Shown: positions 9,540-19,356 of the stretch, one piece after another
Position numbering within the stretch: the stretch's first letter is position 1
How the letters are laid out: each line of letters opens with the position of its first letter
Program-made: the position numbers and the translations under genes
Notes under the pieces: model-generated
Databases searched by the model: none
Told to the model about the DNA's origin: nothing
What the model saw: the letters and a program-made list of their open reading frames with translations, nothing else
From: Alphaproteobacteria bacterium
GTDB lineage: Bacteria; Pseudomonadota; Alphaproteobacteria; JAQWUY01
DNA: 63,436 nucleotides
Assembly (NCBI GenBank): GCA_049615605.1
Contig: JBMZFW010000001.1
Span: 1-63,436, forward strand
Reading direction: 5' to 3'

Positions 9540-9637
9540 TATTGTTATGCTTTGTCCAAGATTAATTATTTTATAGCAAAATAAGACTTTTAATAGTAAA
9601 ATGCAATTAAAAATAACAATAATTTTAGAAGGAATTT

Positions 9638-10384
9638 TTGCAAGTGATTGTAAATATACCGTACCTTAATGTATATAACGATAAAGGCAAACTAACAACC
9701 CAACTTATTTACGGGGAAAAGGTTGAAGTTTTGGGCGATGAAACCAACTTTGGCACAAAAGTAAAATCATTATGGGACGGTTATACTGGTTTTATTGATA
9801 CAAAAGACCTTATACCAGATTATAATCAAGATATTAAAATTAATGTTTTATCGGCACCTGTATTTCAAGGTGCGGATTTAAAATCACCGCATATTTGCAA
9901 CCTATCATTAAATTCACAATGTCAAAGCATTGAAATATCTGGCGATTTTATAAACATTGGTATTGGTTGGGTTTATAATAAGCACACCTGCCCTGTGAAT
10001 GAAGTTTATTCTTTTGATAAAATAATTGACCTTGCCGAATTGTTTTTAAATGTCCCGTATGTTTGGGGCGGTAAATCTTCAAATTGGATTGATTGTTCAG
10101 CATTTATTCAAATGATATTTATGGCGTGTGGCATTGATATTCCAAGGGATACATCGGAACAATGTAAGTTAAATTGGGATAAGGTTGATATAAGCAATAT
10201 CAGTAAAGCTGATTTAGTATTCTGGGACGGTCATATTGGTATTATGACAGACGACAAAAACATTATTCACGCCAACGCAACAGATATGATGGTTAAAAAA
10301 GACAGCCTTATCAATGTGGAAAATAATATTAAAACCAAAGAAAACAAAGATATTTCCTTAATATTAAGGTATAAAAATGACTAA
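9638..10384 (+). CDS. NlpC/P60 (C40) family peptidase with an N-terminal SH3-like region
   Basis: Listed ORF. Catalytic Cys context WGGKSSNWIDCSAF and His context GHIGIM. No ATG is available, so the start is TTG 9638 or GTG 9644. Confidence 0.8.
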   Translation: MQVIVNIPYLNVYNDKGKLTTQLIYGEKVEVLGDETNFGTKVKSLWDGYTGFIDTKDLIPDYNQDIKINVLSAPVFQGADLKSPHICNLSLNSQCQSIEISGDFINIGIGWVYNKHTCPVNEVYSFDKIIDLAELFLNVPYVWGGKSSNWIDCSAFIQMIFMACGIDIPRDTSEQCKLNWDKVDISNISKADLVFWDGHIGIMTDDKNIIHANATDMMVKKDSLINVENNIKTKENKDISLILRYKND

Positions 10385-10964
10385 ACAAGCGTGGCAACGA
10401 ATGTTATCAGGTCGCAGGCTTGATATATTAAACCCATCCCCATCGGATATTGAAATGGCGGACATTGCCCACGGGTTATGCCGTGTTGCCCGTTGGAATG
10501 GGCAAACAAAGGGTGATTACACATATTCCGTTGCACAGCATTCATTATTGGTTGAAAAAATAATGAGCGACCTTTACCCAACAATTGAATATGAATATTT
10601 ATTAATGGCACTTATTCACGATGCTAGCGAATATGTTATTGGTGATATGATAAGCCCATTTAAAAAGGCACTGGGTAATGAATTTTATGATATTGAAGAA
10701 AATATCCAACAAACAATTCATATCAGCCTTGGGCTTCCTAGCAAAACACCAGTAAAAATAAAGAAGATAATCAAAGAATGTGATTTATATTCCGCCCATA
10801 TTGAAGCCGTTCAAATCGCAGGTTTTAACGAAGACGAAGCGGTTAAACAAATATCAAAAGCCCCAAAGACCAATAAAAAGTATTCCGCAAAGCCACTTGC
10901 ACCCAATGAAGTGTATGAAAAGTTTATGAAACGCTTTGAATTTTTATTAAAAAAGATTAGCTAG
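10377..10964 (+). CDS. HD-domain phosphohydrolase (YfbR-like)
   Basis: Listed ORF. H...HD motif (ALIHDASEYVIGD). 8-nt ATGACTAA overlap with the upstream gene. Confidence 0.75.
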   Translation: MTKQAWQRMLSGRRLDILNPSPSDIEMADIAHGLCRVARWNGQTKGDYTYSVAQHSLLVEKIMSDLYPTIEYEYLLMALIHDASEYVIGDMISPFKKALGNEFYDIEENIQQTIHISLGLPSKTPVKIKKIIKECDLYSAHIEAVQIAGFNEDEAVKQISKAPKTNKKYSAKPLAPNEVYEKFMKRFEFLLKKIS

Positions 10965-11745
10965 CCGTTATTTCAAGCCCATCATAAGCGGGGCGAACAT
11001 TGGCGGGCAATTTATCACACAACCTATCATAATCCATCGTATTATCCATATGGGTAAGATATGTCATATCTGGATTTAATTCATTAACCCAAGACAACAC
11101 TTTTTCAAGGTGTGCATGGGTTTGGTGTGGTTTTTCCCTTAAGCAATCAACAATTAATGTTTTGACCCCTTTTAATTTTTCAAATTCAGATGGATCAAAA
11201 TCAACCACATCCGTACAATAGGCAAAATCACCATAACGATAACCGCTTGATTCAATAAAACCGTGGTCTTGTTTTATCACTGTAAATACAGAATTATTTA
11301 TTTTAATTTCTTCTTTTATTTCAACAGCTTGTAAAACTGGTTTAAAGTAAAAGTTTGTACCTTCTGGAAGTGGTGTAAAGGCGTATTCAAAGCGTGGAAT
11401 AATGTTATCAAACACCGCCTTTGTTGAATAAGTTTTTACATCTTTATTATTCTTTTTATTAATCCATCTTATTTCATCAATTCCGTGAATATGGTCGGCG
11501 TGTTGGTGGGTAATGAACAAGCCATCAAAATCAAGGTTGTTATTTTGTGAATAATCAAACAGCTGTTCTTTAATATCAGGTCCGCAATCAACCAATATAT
11601 GTGCGTCTTCGGTTTGCATTGTTATTGCACACCTGCGTCTTTTATTCTTTGGATTGGTTGAATCCACAGTTCCCCAGCCATCTTCAAGGCTTGGAACACC
11701 CGCGGAAGTACCGCAACCAAGTACAGTTATTTTTATATTAGACAT
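10957..11745 (-). CDS. MBL-fold metallo-hydrolase (PhnP-like)
   Basis: Listed ORF. HxHxDH motif (THQHADHIHG). Confidence 0.8.
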   Translation of the reverse strand: MSNIKITVLGCGTSAGVPSLEDGWGTVDSTNPKNKRRRCAITMQTEDAHILVDCGPDIKEQLFDYSQNNNLDFDGLFITHQHADHIHGIDEIRWINKKNNKDVKTYSTKAVFDNIIPRFEYAFTPLPEGTNFYFKPVLQAVEIKEEIKINNSVFTVIKQDHGFIESSGYRYGDFAYCTDVVDFDPSEFEKLKGVKTLIVDCLREKPHQTHAHLEKVLSWVNELNPDMTYLTHMDNTMDYDRLCDKLPANVRPAYDGLEITAS

Positions 11746-11749
11746 ATTA

Positions 11750-12538
11750 CTATCTTACCGCTTTTTTAAATAAGGTAAAGAAGTTTTCTGTTGTTTGATT
11801 TGCAATTGTTAAATAATTAACACCCATTACCTCTGCTAGCTTTTCCGCCGTATGCTTTGTATATGCGGGCTGATTAGGTTTCCCACGGTATGGAATTGGG
11901 GCTAAATAAGGGCTATCGGTTTCAACAAGCAATCTGTCAATTGGTAAGTCTTTTACAATATCGCATACTTCTGCCCCCTTTGGGAATGTAATAATACCAG
12001 AAAGCGATATATAAAAGCCCATTGCTATTGATTGTTCGGCTAGCTCATGCCCCGCTGAAAAACAATGGATAAGTGCCGGGAAAGCACCCTTTTCATATTC
12101 ATCTTTTAATATACGAATTGTATCTTCATCCGCATTCCTTGTATGGACAATAACTGGAATCCCCGTATCACGGGCAACTTCAATATGTATTCTGAATGAT
12201 TGTTCTTGTAATTCCAATGTTGTTTTATCGTGGAATAAGTCAATCCCGCTTTCACCAAGACCAATTACTTTGTCGTGTTTTGTTGCTTCTAGTAATTCGT
12301 CGTAGCTTACCAATGGGTGGTCGGTTACATGGCACGGATGAACACCCGTTGAAGCAAATATATTTTTATGATTATTGGCAATTTCCAAAACTTTTGGAAA
12401 AGTTGTCATACTGGTTGATATGGTTTGCATATAATGAACATCATAATCTGGGGCTGATTTTATTGCGTCTTGTAAATCACCCTTTCTATCCAGGTAATCA
12501 AGGTGGCAATGACTGTCAACTAAGATTGGTTTATTCAT
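11750..12538 (-). CDS. tatD: TatD-family metal-dependent hydrolase/DNase
   Basis: Listed ORF. N-terminal DSHCHL motif. 8-nt ATGAATAA overlap with the metG stop. Confidence 0.88.
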   Translation of the reverse strand: MNKPILVDSHCHLDYLDRKGDLQDAIKSAPDYDVHYMQTISTSMTTFPKVLEIANNHKNIFASTGVHPCHVTDHPLVSYDELLEATKHDKVIGLGESGIDLFHDKTTLELQEQSFRIHIEVARDTGIPVIVHTRNADEDTIRILKDEYEKGAFPALIHCFSAGHELAEQSIAMGFYISLSGIITFPKGAEVCDIVKDLPIDRLLVETDSPYLAPIPYRGKPNQPAYTKHTAEKLAEVMGVNYLTIANQTTENFFTLFKKAVR

Positions 12539-14063
12539 TTGTTTCTTCTACATACCTTGGGAATACAACTTCTGGCTTATCAATGTTAATTCCACTTTCC
12601 AAAGTATCATCAATATTGGCAAAGGTACGCTTATCAGATGGAACACTAACTAAATCAAGGATTTTATTGGCACTTTCTGGCATAAATGGTTGTAAGATTA
12701 AACCAAATATACGGGCAAGTTCCGCACAAGTGTAAAGAACCGTACCCATTCGCGCAACATCCGTTGTTTTTAAAGCCCACGGTGCATTGTCATCAACATA
12801 TTTATTAGCATCACCAATAATATTCCAAATTGCTTCTAGGGCTTTGTTAAATTCTTGTTTATCAATATGCGTTCTTGCAATATTTAAGCTTTCCTTAGCA
12901 TTATTAATAATTTTCTTGTCATCATCATTTAAATCAGCGTTTGGCAATACACCTTCACAGTTTTTAAATACCATTGATAATGTCCTTTGACAGAAATTAC
13001 CGATATCATTAGCAAGGTCTGAATTAGTACGGCTTACCATAGCAAGCTTTGAAAAGTCCCCATCATTACCAAATGTTACTTCACGCATAAGGAAATACCT
13101 TGTTGCATCAAGACCATATTCATCAACCAATTCCACTGGATCAATTACATTGCCCAATGATTTTGAAATCTTTTCGCCTTCGTTTGTCCACCAACCGTGG
13201 GCAAAAATTCGTTTTGGTAATGGTAATTCAGCCGCCATAAGTAATGCAGGCCAATAAACCGTATGGAAACGAATAATGTCTTTACCAACCATATGTAAGT
13301 CCGCACCCCAAAAGTCTTGATATTCTTTGCTATCAGTATCTGGATAACCAACCGCAGTCATATAATTTGTAAGGGCATCAATCCAAACATACATAATATG
13401 TTTTTCATTATTTGGCACTGGCACACCCCAGCCGAATGTTGTTCGTGATACAGATAAATCCCTAAGACCACCTTTTACAAAGCTGATTACTTCGTTTCGG
13501 CGTGATTTAGGTGCGATAAAATTAGGGTTATCATCATATAGCTTTAATAATTTATCTTCCCATTTTGATAAGTCAAAGAAATAGCTTTCTTCTTCAACCC
13601 ATTCAACTTCAGCACCAGTTGGGGCAATCTTTTGCCCGTCTTTTTCAATTAATTCTTCTTCGCCATAATATGCTTCGTCACGCACCGAATACCAACCAGA
13701 ATATTTATCAAGGTAAATATGTCCATTTTCAACCAACTTATTCCATAATGCTTGGCAAGCTGTTTTGTGTCTTTCTTCGGTTGTGCGGATAAAGTCATCA
13801 TTTGAAAAATTCATAACTTTTGTTAAATCACGAAAGTTTTGTGAAACCATATCGGTAAAATCTTGTGGTGATACACCTTTGGCAATGGCAGATTTTTCAA
13901 CCTTTTGCCCGTGCTCATCTGTACCAGTTAAGAATTTAACATTAAAACCATCAAGTCTTTTAAAGCGTGCCGTCACATCACAAGCAAGCGAAGTATAAGC
14001 GTGTCCAATGTGCGGTTTATCATTAACATAATAAATTGGCGTTGTTATATAATAATTTTTCAT
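12531..14063 (-). CDS. metG: Methionine--tRNA ligase (short form, no C-terminal appended domain)
   Basis: Listed ORF, 510 aa. HIGH motif (PHIGHAY) and KMSKS-type KISKS. Confidence 0.95.
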   Translation of the reverse strand: MKNYYITTPIYYVNDKPHIGHAYTSLACDVTARFKRLDGFNVKFLTGTDEHGQKVEKSAIAKGVSPQDFTDMVSQNFRDLTKVMNFSNDDFIRTTEERHKTACQALWNKLVENGHIYLDKYSGWYSVRDEAYYGEEELIEKDGQKIAPTGAEVEWVEEESYFFDLSKWEDKLLKLYDDNPNFIAPKSRRNEVISFVKGGLRDLSVSRTTFGWGVPVPNNEKHIMYVWIDALTNYMTAVGYPDTDSKEYQDFWGADLHMVGKDIIRFHTVYWPALLMAAELPLPKRIFAHGWWTNEGEKISKSLGNVIDPVELVDEYGLDATRYFLMREVTFGNDGDFSKLAMVSRTNSDLANDIGNFCQRTLSMVFKNCEGVLPNADLNDDDKKIINNAKESLNIARTHIDKQEFNKALEAIWNIIGDANKYVDDNAPWALKTTDVARMGTVLYTCAELARIFGLILQPFMPESANKILDLVSVPSDKRTFANIDDTLESGINIDKPEVVFPRYVEETNE

Positions 14064-14105
14064 AAAACCTTGTCTTTCTTTTGTATAAGGGTATGTTTTA
14101 CTAGT

Positions 14106-15170
14106 TTAATTAGTTTCGTGCAATGGTAAAAATAAAGTTAATATAACTGATTTTATATCAAGGTACGATGGCGCCGATGTTTGGGCAATTGAATTTTTGC
14201 TGTTTTCAATCCATTCAATCAAGTTTAAACCTTTATACTTTGCTGTTATTTTATCAAATGCAATGTCTTCACCGGCGATTACTTGTTTTACATTTTCACC
14301 TTTGGCGTGGCTAAGTAAAAGCCTGTGTAAAAAGTTATCAAATAATACTTTGAATATATTAAAGTTATGTTCATTTTTCTTTGTTGATATTGCAGTGGCA
14401 AGGCTATATACATCTTCCCCACCATTCTTTAATGCATTAATTACAAGGCTGTATAATGATAAAGCTTCATTGTTGACTAAGTTTATTGCAGTACCGATTG
14501 AACCGCCTGCAAGGTAAGTATATGCACTTGCTTCTTCATCAGCCATATTTGGTTTAATTTCTTTTATTTTATCCTTAATCTTTTCATCACTTATTGGGTT
14601 AAGATTATAAACCGAACACCTTGAACGAATTGTTGGTAATAATGAATTAACCTGACTAGTACACAATATTATAAAACAGTTTGGATTTGGTTCTTCCAAA
14701 GTTTTTAATAACGCGTTTTCCGCCTGTCTGTTCATTGTGTGGGCATCGTCAATTATAATTACCCTGTTTGTTCCAGATGCTGTATGGTTTGTTAAATCAA
14801 TAGCGTTTCGTATATGGTCAACACCAATTACATTCATTGGCTTAAACGGTGATGTTAAAGAATTCATACCCAAATGTAAAAAAGTAAAATCAGGGTGTGA
14901 ACAGTTGGCAATCTGTTGCGCAAGTGGGCTGGTTTCATCAAAATCAAGGTTTTCACCACCAAACATATCTGTACTGTCAATTTGCCCATTACTTAACAAG
15001 AACCTAGCCATACGAACGGCAAGCCCGCATTTACCAATGCCTTGATTACCAGTAATTAAAAAAGCATGGTGTAGGCGATTGTTTTTATATTGATTTAAAA
15101 AATCACTTTCCGCCTTTTCGTGACCAACCAACTTTGGCGTTATGGAAATTGGAACGACAATATCACTCAT
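14106..15170 (-). CDS. holB: DNA polymerase III delta' subunit
   Basis: Listed ORF, 354 aa. AAA+-like GNQGIGK and RSRC motif. Conserved tmk-holB-metG neighbourhood. Confidence 0.85.
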   Translation of the reverse strand: MSDIVVPISITPKLVGHEKAESDFLNQYKNNRLHHAFLITGNQGIGKCGLAVRMARFLLSNGQIDSTDMFGGENLDFDETSPLAQQIANCSHPDFTFLHLGMNSLTSPFKPMNVIGVDHIRNAIDLTNHTASGTNRVIIIDDAHTMNRQAENALLKTLEEPNPNCFIILCTSQVNSLLPTIRSRCSVYNLNPISDEKIKDKIKEIKPNMADEEASAYTYLAGGSIGTAINLVNNEALSLYSLVINALKNGGEDVYSLATAISTKKNEHNFNIFKVLFDNFLHRLLLSHAKGENVKQVIAGEDIAFDKITAKYKGLNLIEWIENSKNSIAQTSAPSYLDIKSVILTLFLPLHETN

Positions 15171-15808
15171 TAAACTAAATCTTTCGCTTTATTTAATATT
15201 TCTTGCTTTACCGTTTCCAAATCACAATTGCCATCAATTTTAATTATTCTGTCCGTGTATTTATTCGCCAGCTCAACAAACCCATTACGAACAGATTGGT
15301 GGAATGATATATCTTTGTTTTCAAACCTGTCTTCGCCCTTAACATCACCTTGTGAACGGGAAAGTCCAGTTTCAACATCAACATCAATAAAGAATGTTTT
15401 TATTGGCATAATAAACTTATCCCCCATTAACGAAGAATGCGCATCGTTAATTTGTTCAAGTGGTAAGCCTTGCGAAAATCCTTGGTATACATATGTTGAA
15501 TCAATATACCTGTCACACAATACATATTTACCACTTTCAAGAGCTGGAATAATTAATTGTTCTAAATGATTAAGTCGTGCCGATGTTAAAATACCCAGTT
15601 CAGTTTCTGGACTTATGTCGTGGTTATGATTTTTAACAATTATATCACGCAACATTTCCGCAATTGGTGTGCCACCTGGTTCGCGGGTAATAACAACTTC
15701 CCTGCCTTGTGATTTTAAAAAATCAGCCAAAGCATTGATTTGCGTGGATTTACCTGCACCTTCCCCGCCTTCAAAAGTAATAAAGTTATTATGTGTTTTT
15801 GATTGCAT
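15170..15808 (-). CDS. tmk: dTMP (thymidylate) kinase
   Basis: Listed ORF. P-loop EGGEGAGKST. 1-nt overlaps at both ends. Confidence 0.93.
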   Translation of the reverse strand: MQSKTHNNFITFEGGEGAGKSTQINALADFLKSQGREVVITREPGGTPIAEMLRDIIVKNHNHDISPETELGILTSARLNHLEQLIIPALESGKYVLCDRYIDSTYVYQGFSQGLPLEQINDAHSSLMGDKFIMPIKTFFIDVDVETGLSRSQGDVKGEDRFENKDISFHQSVRNGFVELANKYTDRIIKIDGNCDLETVKQEILNKAKDLV

Positions 15809-16962
15809 TATTGCCCCAAAATAATTCTTTTGATATTACCAACAGCTCTTTGAACAAAACCTTGCTTGCGAACTTCACCGCCTGCATAAACGGGGATAAC
15901 CTTATCTGTCTTACCAAGTTGTGTTATTTTAACAAAACCAATTTCTTGACCTTTTTTAATTGGTGCAACAAGTGGTGTTTTGTATTGCAATTCAGCTTTA
16001 ACTGGCGCACCTTGTGAAACATTAACTGTCATTAACAAGTCTTTTTTGCTTATGATTGGAATTGATTTTTTTGAACCGTGAACAACCTTTACATCGCCAA
16101 GAACTTGACCAACTTTAAGAATTTTTACATTTTTGTAATTGTATAAATAGTTTTGTGCAACTTCAAAAGATTGAACTCTTCTTTCTTTTTTAGACTTCAT
16201 ACCATTTAATACAAAAATTAAGCGACGATTACCTTGCTTAACAGACGCAACCAGACCATAACCAGATATTTCCGTATGACCAGTTTTTAAACCATCAGCC
16301 CCAAGTGATTTACCAAGTAATGGGTTTCTATTTGGTTGTTTGATTTTGTTATAAGTAAATTCCCTTTTACCCCAAATACCATAATATTCAGGAAAGTTTC
16401 GTATCATTGCGATACTTAACTTAACTAAATCTTTTGCTGTTGTGTAATGGTTTTTATCAGGCCAGCCCGTTGAATTGGTAAAGTGTGTTCCCGTCATACC
16501 AAGTTTTTTTGCATACGAATTCATTATTCTTGCAAAGTTTTCTTCCGTCCCTGCCATACCTTCGGCAATGGCAATTGCCGCATCATTACCAGATTGAACA
16601 ATTACACCGTGTAATAAATCATTCACACTTACCAATGAATTGTACTTTACAAACATTTTTGAACCACCCTTTTTCCAAGACTTCTTAGAAATGCGGAACT
16701 TTGTGTCCATTGTTAAGTTACCTTTTTTCAAAGCATCAAATACCACATACGCGGTCATAATTTTTGTCATTGAAGCTGGATACATTCGGTTTGAAGAATT
16801 TTTATTAAGTAATATTTGTTTACTTTCCATATCGTAAACAATTGCCTGTGGTGCAGTTGTTGTTGCATACGCAAATCCCGCCACATTCATTGTTATAACA
16901 ATTGCCATAACCGTTTTTATTACTTTATTTATTTTATTATAACAGTTTAATAATTGCTTCAT
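15808..16962 (-). CDS. D-alanyl-D-alanine carboxypeptidase (S11, PBP5/6 type)
   Basis: Listed ORF 15808..16968. SxxK (SMTK), SGN and KTG motifs. The second ATG (16962) is better spaced from GGAG. The start is uncertain by 6 nt. Confidence 0.88.
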   Translation of the reverse strand: MKQLLNCYNKINKVIKTVMAIVITMNVAGFAYATTTAPQAIVYDMESKQILLNKNSSNRMYPASMTKIMTAYVVFDALKKGNLTMDTKFRISKKSWKKGGSKMFVKYNSLVSVNDLLHGVIVQSGNDAAIAIAEGMAGTEENFARIMNSYAKKLGMTGTHFTNSTGWPDKNHYTTAKDLVKLSIAMIRNFPEYYGIWGKREFTYNKIKQPNRNPLLGKSLGADGLKTGHTEISGYGLVASVKQGNRRLIFVLNGMKSKKERRVQSFEVAQNYLYNYKNVKILKVGQVLGDVKVVHGSKKSIPIISKKDLLMTVNVSQGAPVKAELQYKTPLVAPIKKGQEIGFVKITQLGKTDKVIPVYAGGEVRKQGFVQRAVGNIKRIILGQ

Positions 16963-17776
16963 AACCATTCTCCATCAGTTTATTTATTGTATTTTTTGCA
17001 ATATTTGAATCTTCCACAGGTCCAATGCGAACCGCGTAAAGAGTATTACCATCTTTTTCCATTTTATGTAATTTTGTTTTACCGTATTTTTTAATATTGT
17101 TGGCAAGTTTAATAGCATTATTATAATCACCAAATACACCCGCTTGGATATAAATACCGCTTGCTATGTTTTTGTTTTTATTACGAAGTTTGTTTAAATC
17201 AACCTTACTTACCATATGGTTAAGGCGTGGTGCTGAATGTCCGCGTGCCATTGCTTGTTTATATTTTTTTGATTCTTTTGGTAATATTTCAACCCTTACA
17301 AATGCAGTACCTTTTTTAATTACCCCAAGTTTTTGTGCCGTTGCACGGCTTAAATCAATAATTCTGTCTTTGGCATAAGGACCGCGGTCGTTAACCTTAA
17401 CAATCATTGATAAGCCATTTTGTAAATTTGTCACCCTTACAACACTTGGGATTGGTAATGTTCTGTGTGCTGCGGTATATTTATTCATATCAAACACACC
17501 ACCATTTGCCGTTGGCTTTGCGTGAAAGTTTGGACCGTACCAAGACGCAACACCTTCTTCTTTGTAATTATAATTTTCTTTTGGATAATATGTTCTGCCT
17601 TCAATTACATATGGATTTCCAATTTTATAATGTGTTCCATTTTCTATTTGAAACTTTGTCTTGCCCATACCCGAAATACTTGGACTTTTAAGGATTGAAC
17701 CGGCAACCCTTGACCCGCAAGCAGTTAAAAGCATTAGCATAAGTATGCAAGTTATTAATTTATTAAAGAATTTCAT
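16937..17776 (-). CDS. rlpA: Septal ring lytic transglycosylase RlpA-family lipoprotein with a C-terminal SPOR-like domain
   Basis: Listed ORF. Lipobox LLTAC. DPBB core (ASWYGPNFHAKPTANG...VNDRGP). Confidence 0.88.
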   Translation of the reverse strand: MKFFNKLITCILMLMLLTACGSRVAGSILKSPSISGMGKTKFQIENGTHYKIGNPYVIEGRTYYPKENYNYKEEGVASWYGPNFHAKPTANGGVFDMNKYTAAHRTLPIPSVVRVTNLQNGLSMIVKVNDRGPYAKDRIIDLSRATAQKLGVIKKGTAFVRVEILPKESKKYKQAMARGHSAPRLNHMVSKVDLNKLRNKNKNIASGIYIQAGVFGDYNNAIKLANNIKKYGKTKLHKMEKDGNTLYAVRIGPVEDSNIAKNTINKLMENGYEAIIKLL

Positions 17777-19023
17777 TATTTATTTTCCTTAACAAATTTA
17801 AGCATTTCATTTGATAAATGCCCATCAGCTGGAAGATTGTGTTTCTGTTGATATAATTTTAATGACGCCCTTGAACCAGAACCAAATACACCGTCAATTG
17901 CACTGTTATAAAAACCGTGCTGTTTTAAAACCGATTGAACAAATTTAAAATCAGCCCTTGATATGGCTTTTTCATTCTTTGGCGGCGTCCAATCCATTCC
18001 ATCAACACCAACAATATCATCGGCTAATAAACCAACAGCCAATGCATAAAAGTCCGAACGATTCCAATTTAAGATACGGCGAAAGTTATTATATACAAGA
18101 AACTTTGGTCCATTTGCACCCGCTGGAATAATAATTGATGCTTTACCCTTAAACGAAGTATCAAGGTTTGACCCGTCATATTTAACCACGCCCAAATCAG
18201 CCCACTGTTTTAAAGTCTTTTTTGTTTTATGACCTGTTAACGCCCAGTCAAAGTTATCGTTATTAATTTTAACTTGTCGCCCCCAAGTTTCATCCCTTTT
18301 CCAACCAACTGATTTTAAAAAGTTTGATGAACTGGCAAAGATATCGTCAAACGACCCCCATAAGTCTTTAACCCCGTCGCCATTACCATCAACGGCATAA
18401 GCGGTAAATGTTGATGGCATAAATTGTGTTTGTCCAAACGCACCCGCCCAAGAACCATAAAATGTTTTACCTTTGATATGCCCATTTTGCATAATTTTTA
18501 ATGCAAGGATAAGTTCATTTTCAAAAAACTTAGCACGGCGAAGATCGTGGCTTAATGTGGCAAGTGAACGAACGATATCCATTTTACCAACATGTCTGCC
18601 GAAGTTTGTTTCCAATCCCCAAAATGCAACTAAGAACCTTGGTTGTACGCCATATTTTTTAGCAATTTTATCAAGAGTCTTTTTGTGTTTTTTATACATA
18701 GCCCTAGCACGCTTTGTCCTTGTTTGTGATAATGCAGATGTTATGTATTGCCCAAATGTGCGTGAAAATTCAGGTTGCCTGCGGTCATATACAATTACCT
18801 TTGGCAAGCGTTTAATATGATAGAATGATTTTTGTAATGTGGCTTCGCTTACACCCTTTGCCTTTGCACGCTTTGCAAAGCCGATTTTCCAATCTTCAAA
18901 AGATACAGGGTTGGCAAAGTTATCTTTAATTTCCGCCATTGAAAATGATGGGATTACAAAGATTAAAAACAGTATGATTTTTATAGTTTTTTTATATCTA
19001 TCAAGCATAGGAATAATATACAT
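17776..19023 (-). CDS. Lytic murein transglycosylase (MltB family) with a C-terminal peptidoglycan-binding domain
   Basis: Listed ORF, 415 aa. GLETNFG and GQTQFMPS motifs. C-terminal PG_binding_1-like repeat. Confidence 0.85.
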   Translation of the reverse strand: MYIIPMLDRYKKTIKIILFLIFVIPSFSMAEIKDNFANPVSFEDWKIGFAKRAKAKGVSEATLQKSFYHIKRLPKVIVYDRRQPEFSRTFGQYITSALSQTRTKRARAMYKKHKKTLDKIAKKYGVQPRFLVAFWGLETNFGRHVGKMDIVRSLATLSHDLRRAKFFENELILALKIMQNGHIKGKTFYGSWAGAFGQTQFMPSTFTAYAVDGNGDGVKDLWGSFDDIFASSSNFLKSVGWKRDETWGRQVKINNDNFDWALTGHKTKKTLKQWADLGVVKYDGSNLDTSFKGKASIIIPAGANGPKFLVYNNFRRILNWNRSDFYALAVGLLADDIVGVDGMDWTPPKNEKAISRADFKFVQSVLKQHGFYNSAIDGVFGSGSRASLKLYQQKHNLPADGHLSNEMLKFVKENK

Positions 19024-19051
19024 TGAAACAAGATGTGGTGCAAGGGCTAGA

Positions 19052-19086
19052 TAATAAAAAACCCCAACTAAAAAGTTGGGGTTAAA
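19052..19086 (-). terminator. Terminator hairpin, copy A of a 35-nt perfect repeat
   Basis: AACCCCAACT-AAAA-AGTTGGGGTT, a 10-bp stem. On the minus strand it is followed by T6. Identical to 19165-19199. Confidence 0.7.
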
Positions 19087-19087
19087 A

Positions 19088-19150
19088 AGCCGTAAGAGAG
19101 TGAGATTGAATTACCTGTCGGTAATCCGCCCACGCCAACGGCATGGGTCT
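19088..19150 (-). pseudogene. Degenerate 3' fragment of a tRNA-Ser gene
   Basis: Shares GAGAGTGAGATT and CCCACGCC blocks, in the same order, with the 3' half of the intact tRNA-Ser at 19202-19289. The T-stem no longer pairs and there is no 5' half. Confidence 0.6.
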
Positions 19151-19164
19151 TTATTTCTTTATGG

Positions 19165-19199
19165 TAATAAAAAACCCCAACTAAAAAGTTGGGGTTAAA
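19165..19199 (-). terminator. Terminator hairpin of tRNA-Ser, copy B of the 35-nt repeat
   Basis: Same 10-bp stem plus T-run on the minus strand. It starts 3 nt after the tRNA-Ser CCA end. Confidence 0.75.
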
Positions 19200-19201
19200 T
19201 A

Positions 19202-19289
19202 TGGCGGAGAGAGTGAGATTCGAACTCACGGTGGTTTGACCCACGCCGGTTTTCAAGACCGGTACCTTAAACCGCTCAGACATCTCTCC
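19202..19289 (-). tRNA. tRNA-Ser (TGA), long variable arm, CCA encoded
   Basis: Folded by hand. Acceptor GGAGAGA/TCTCTCC, anticodon loop CTTGAAA, T-arm GTGAG-TTCGAAT-CTCAC. Confidence 0.92.
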
Positions 19290-19356
19290 TAAACGATATG
19301 TATTGTTTAATAAAAAAAGTTGCTTTTGGCAAGTACTTTTTTTACTTTTTTTAATA

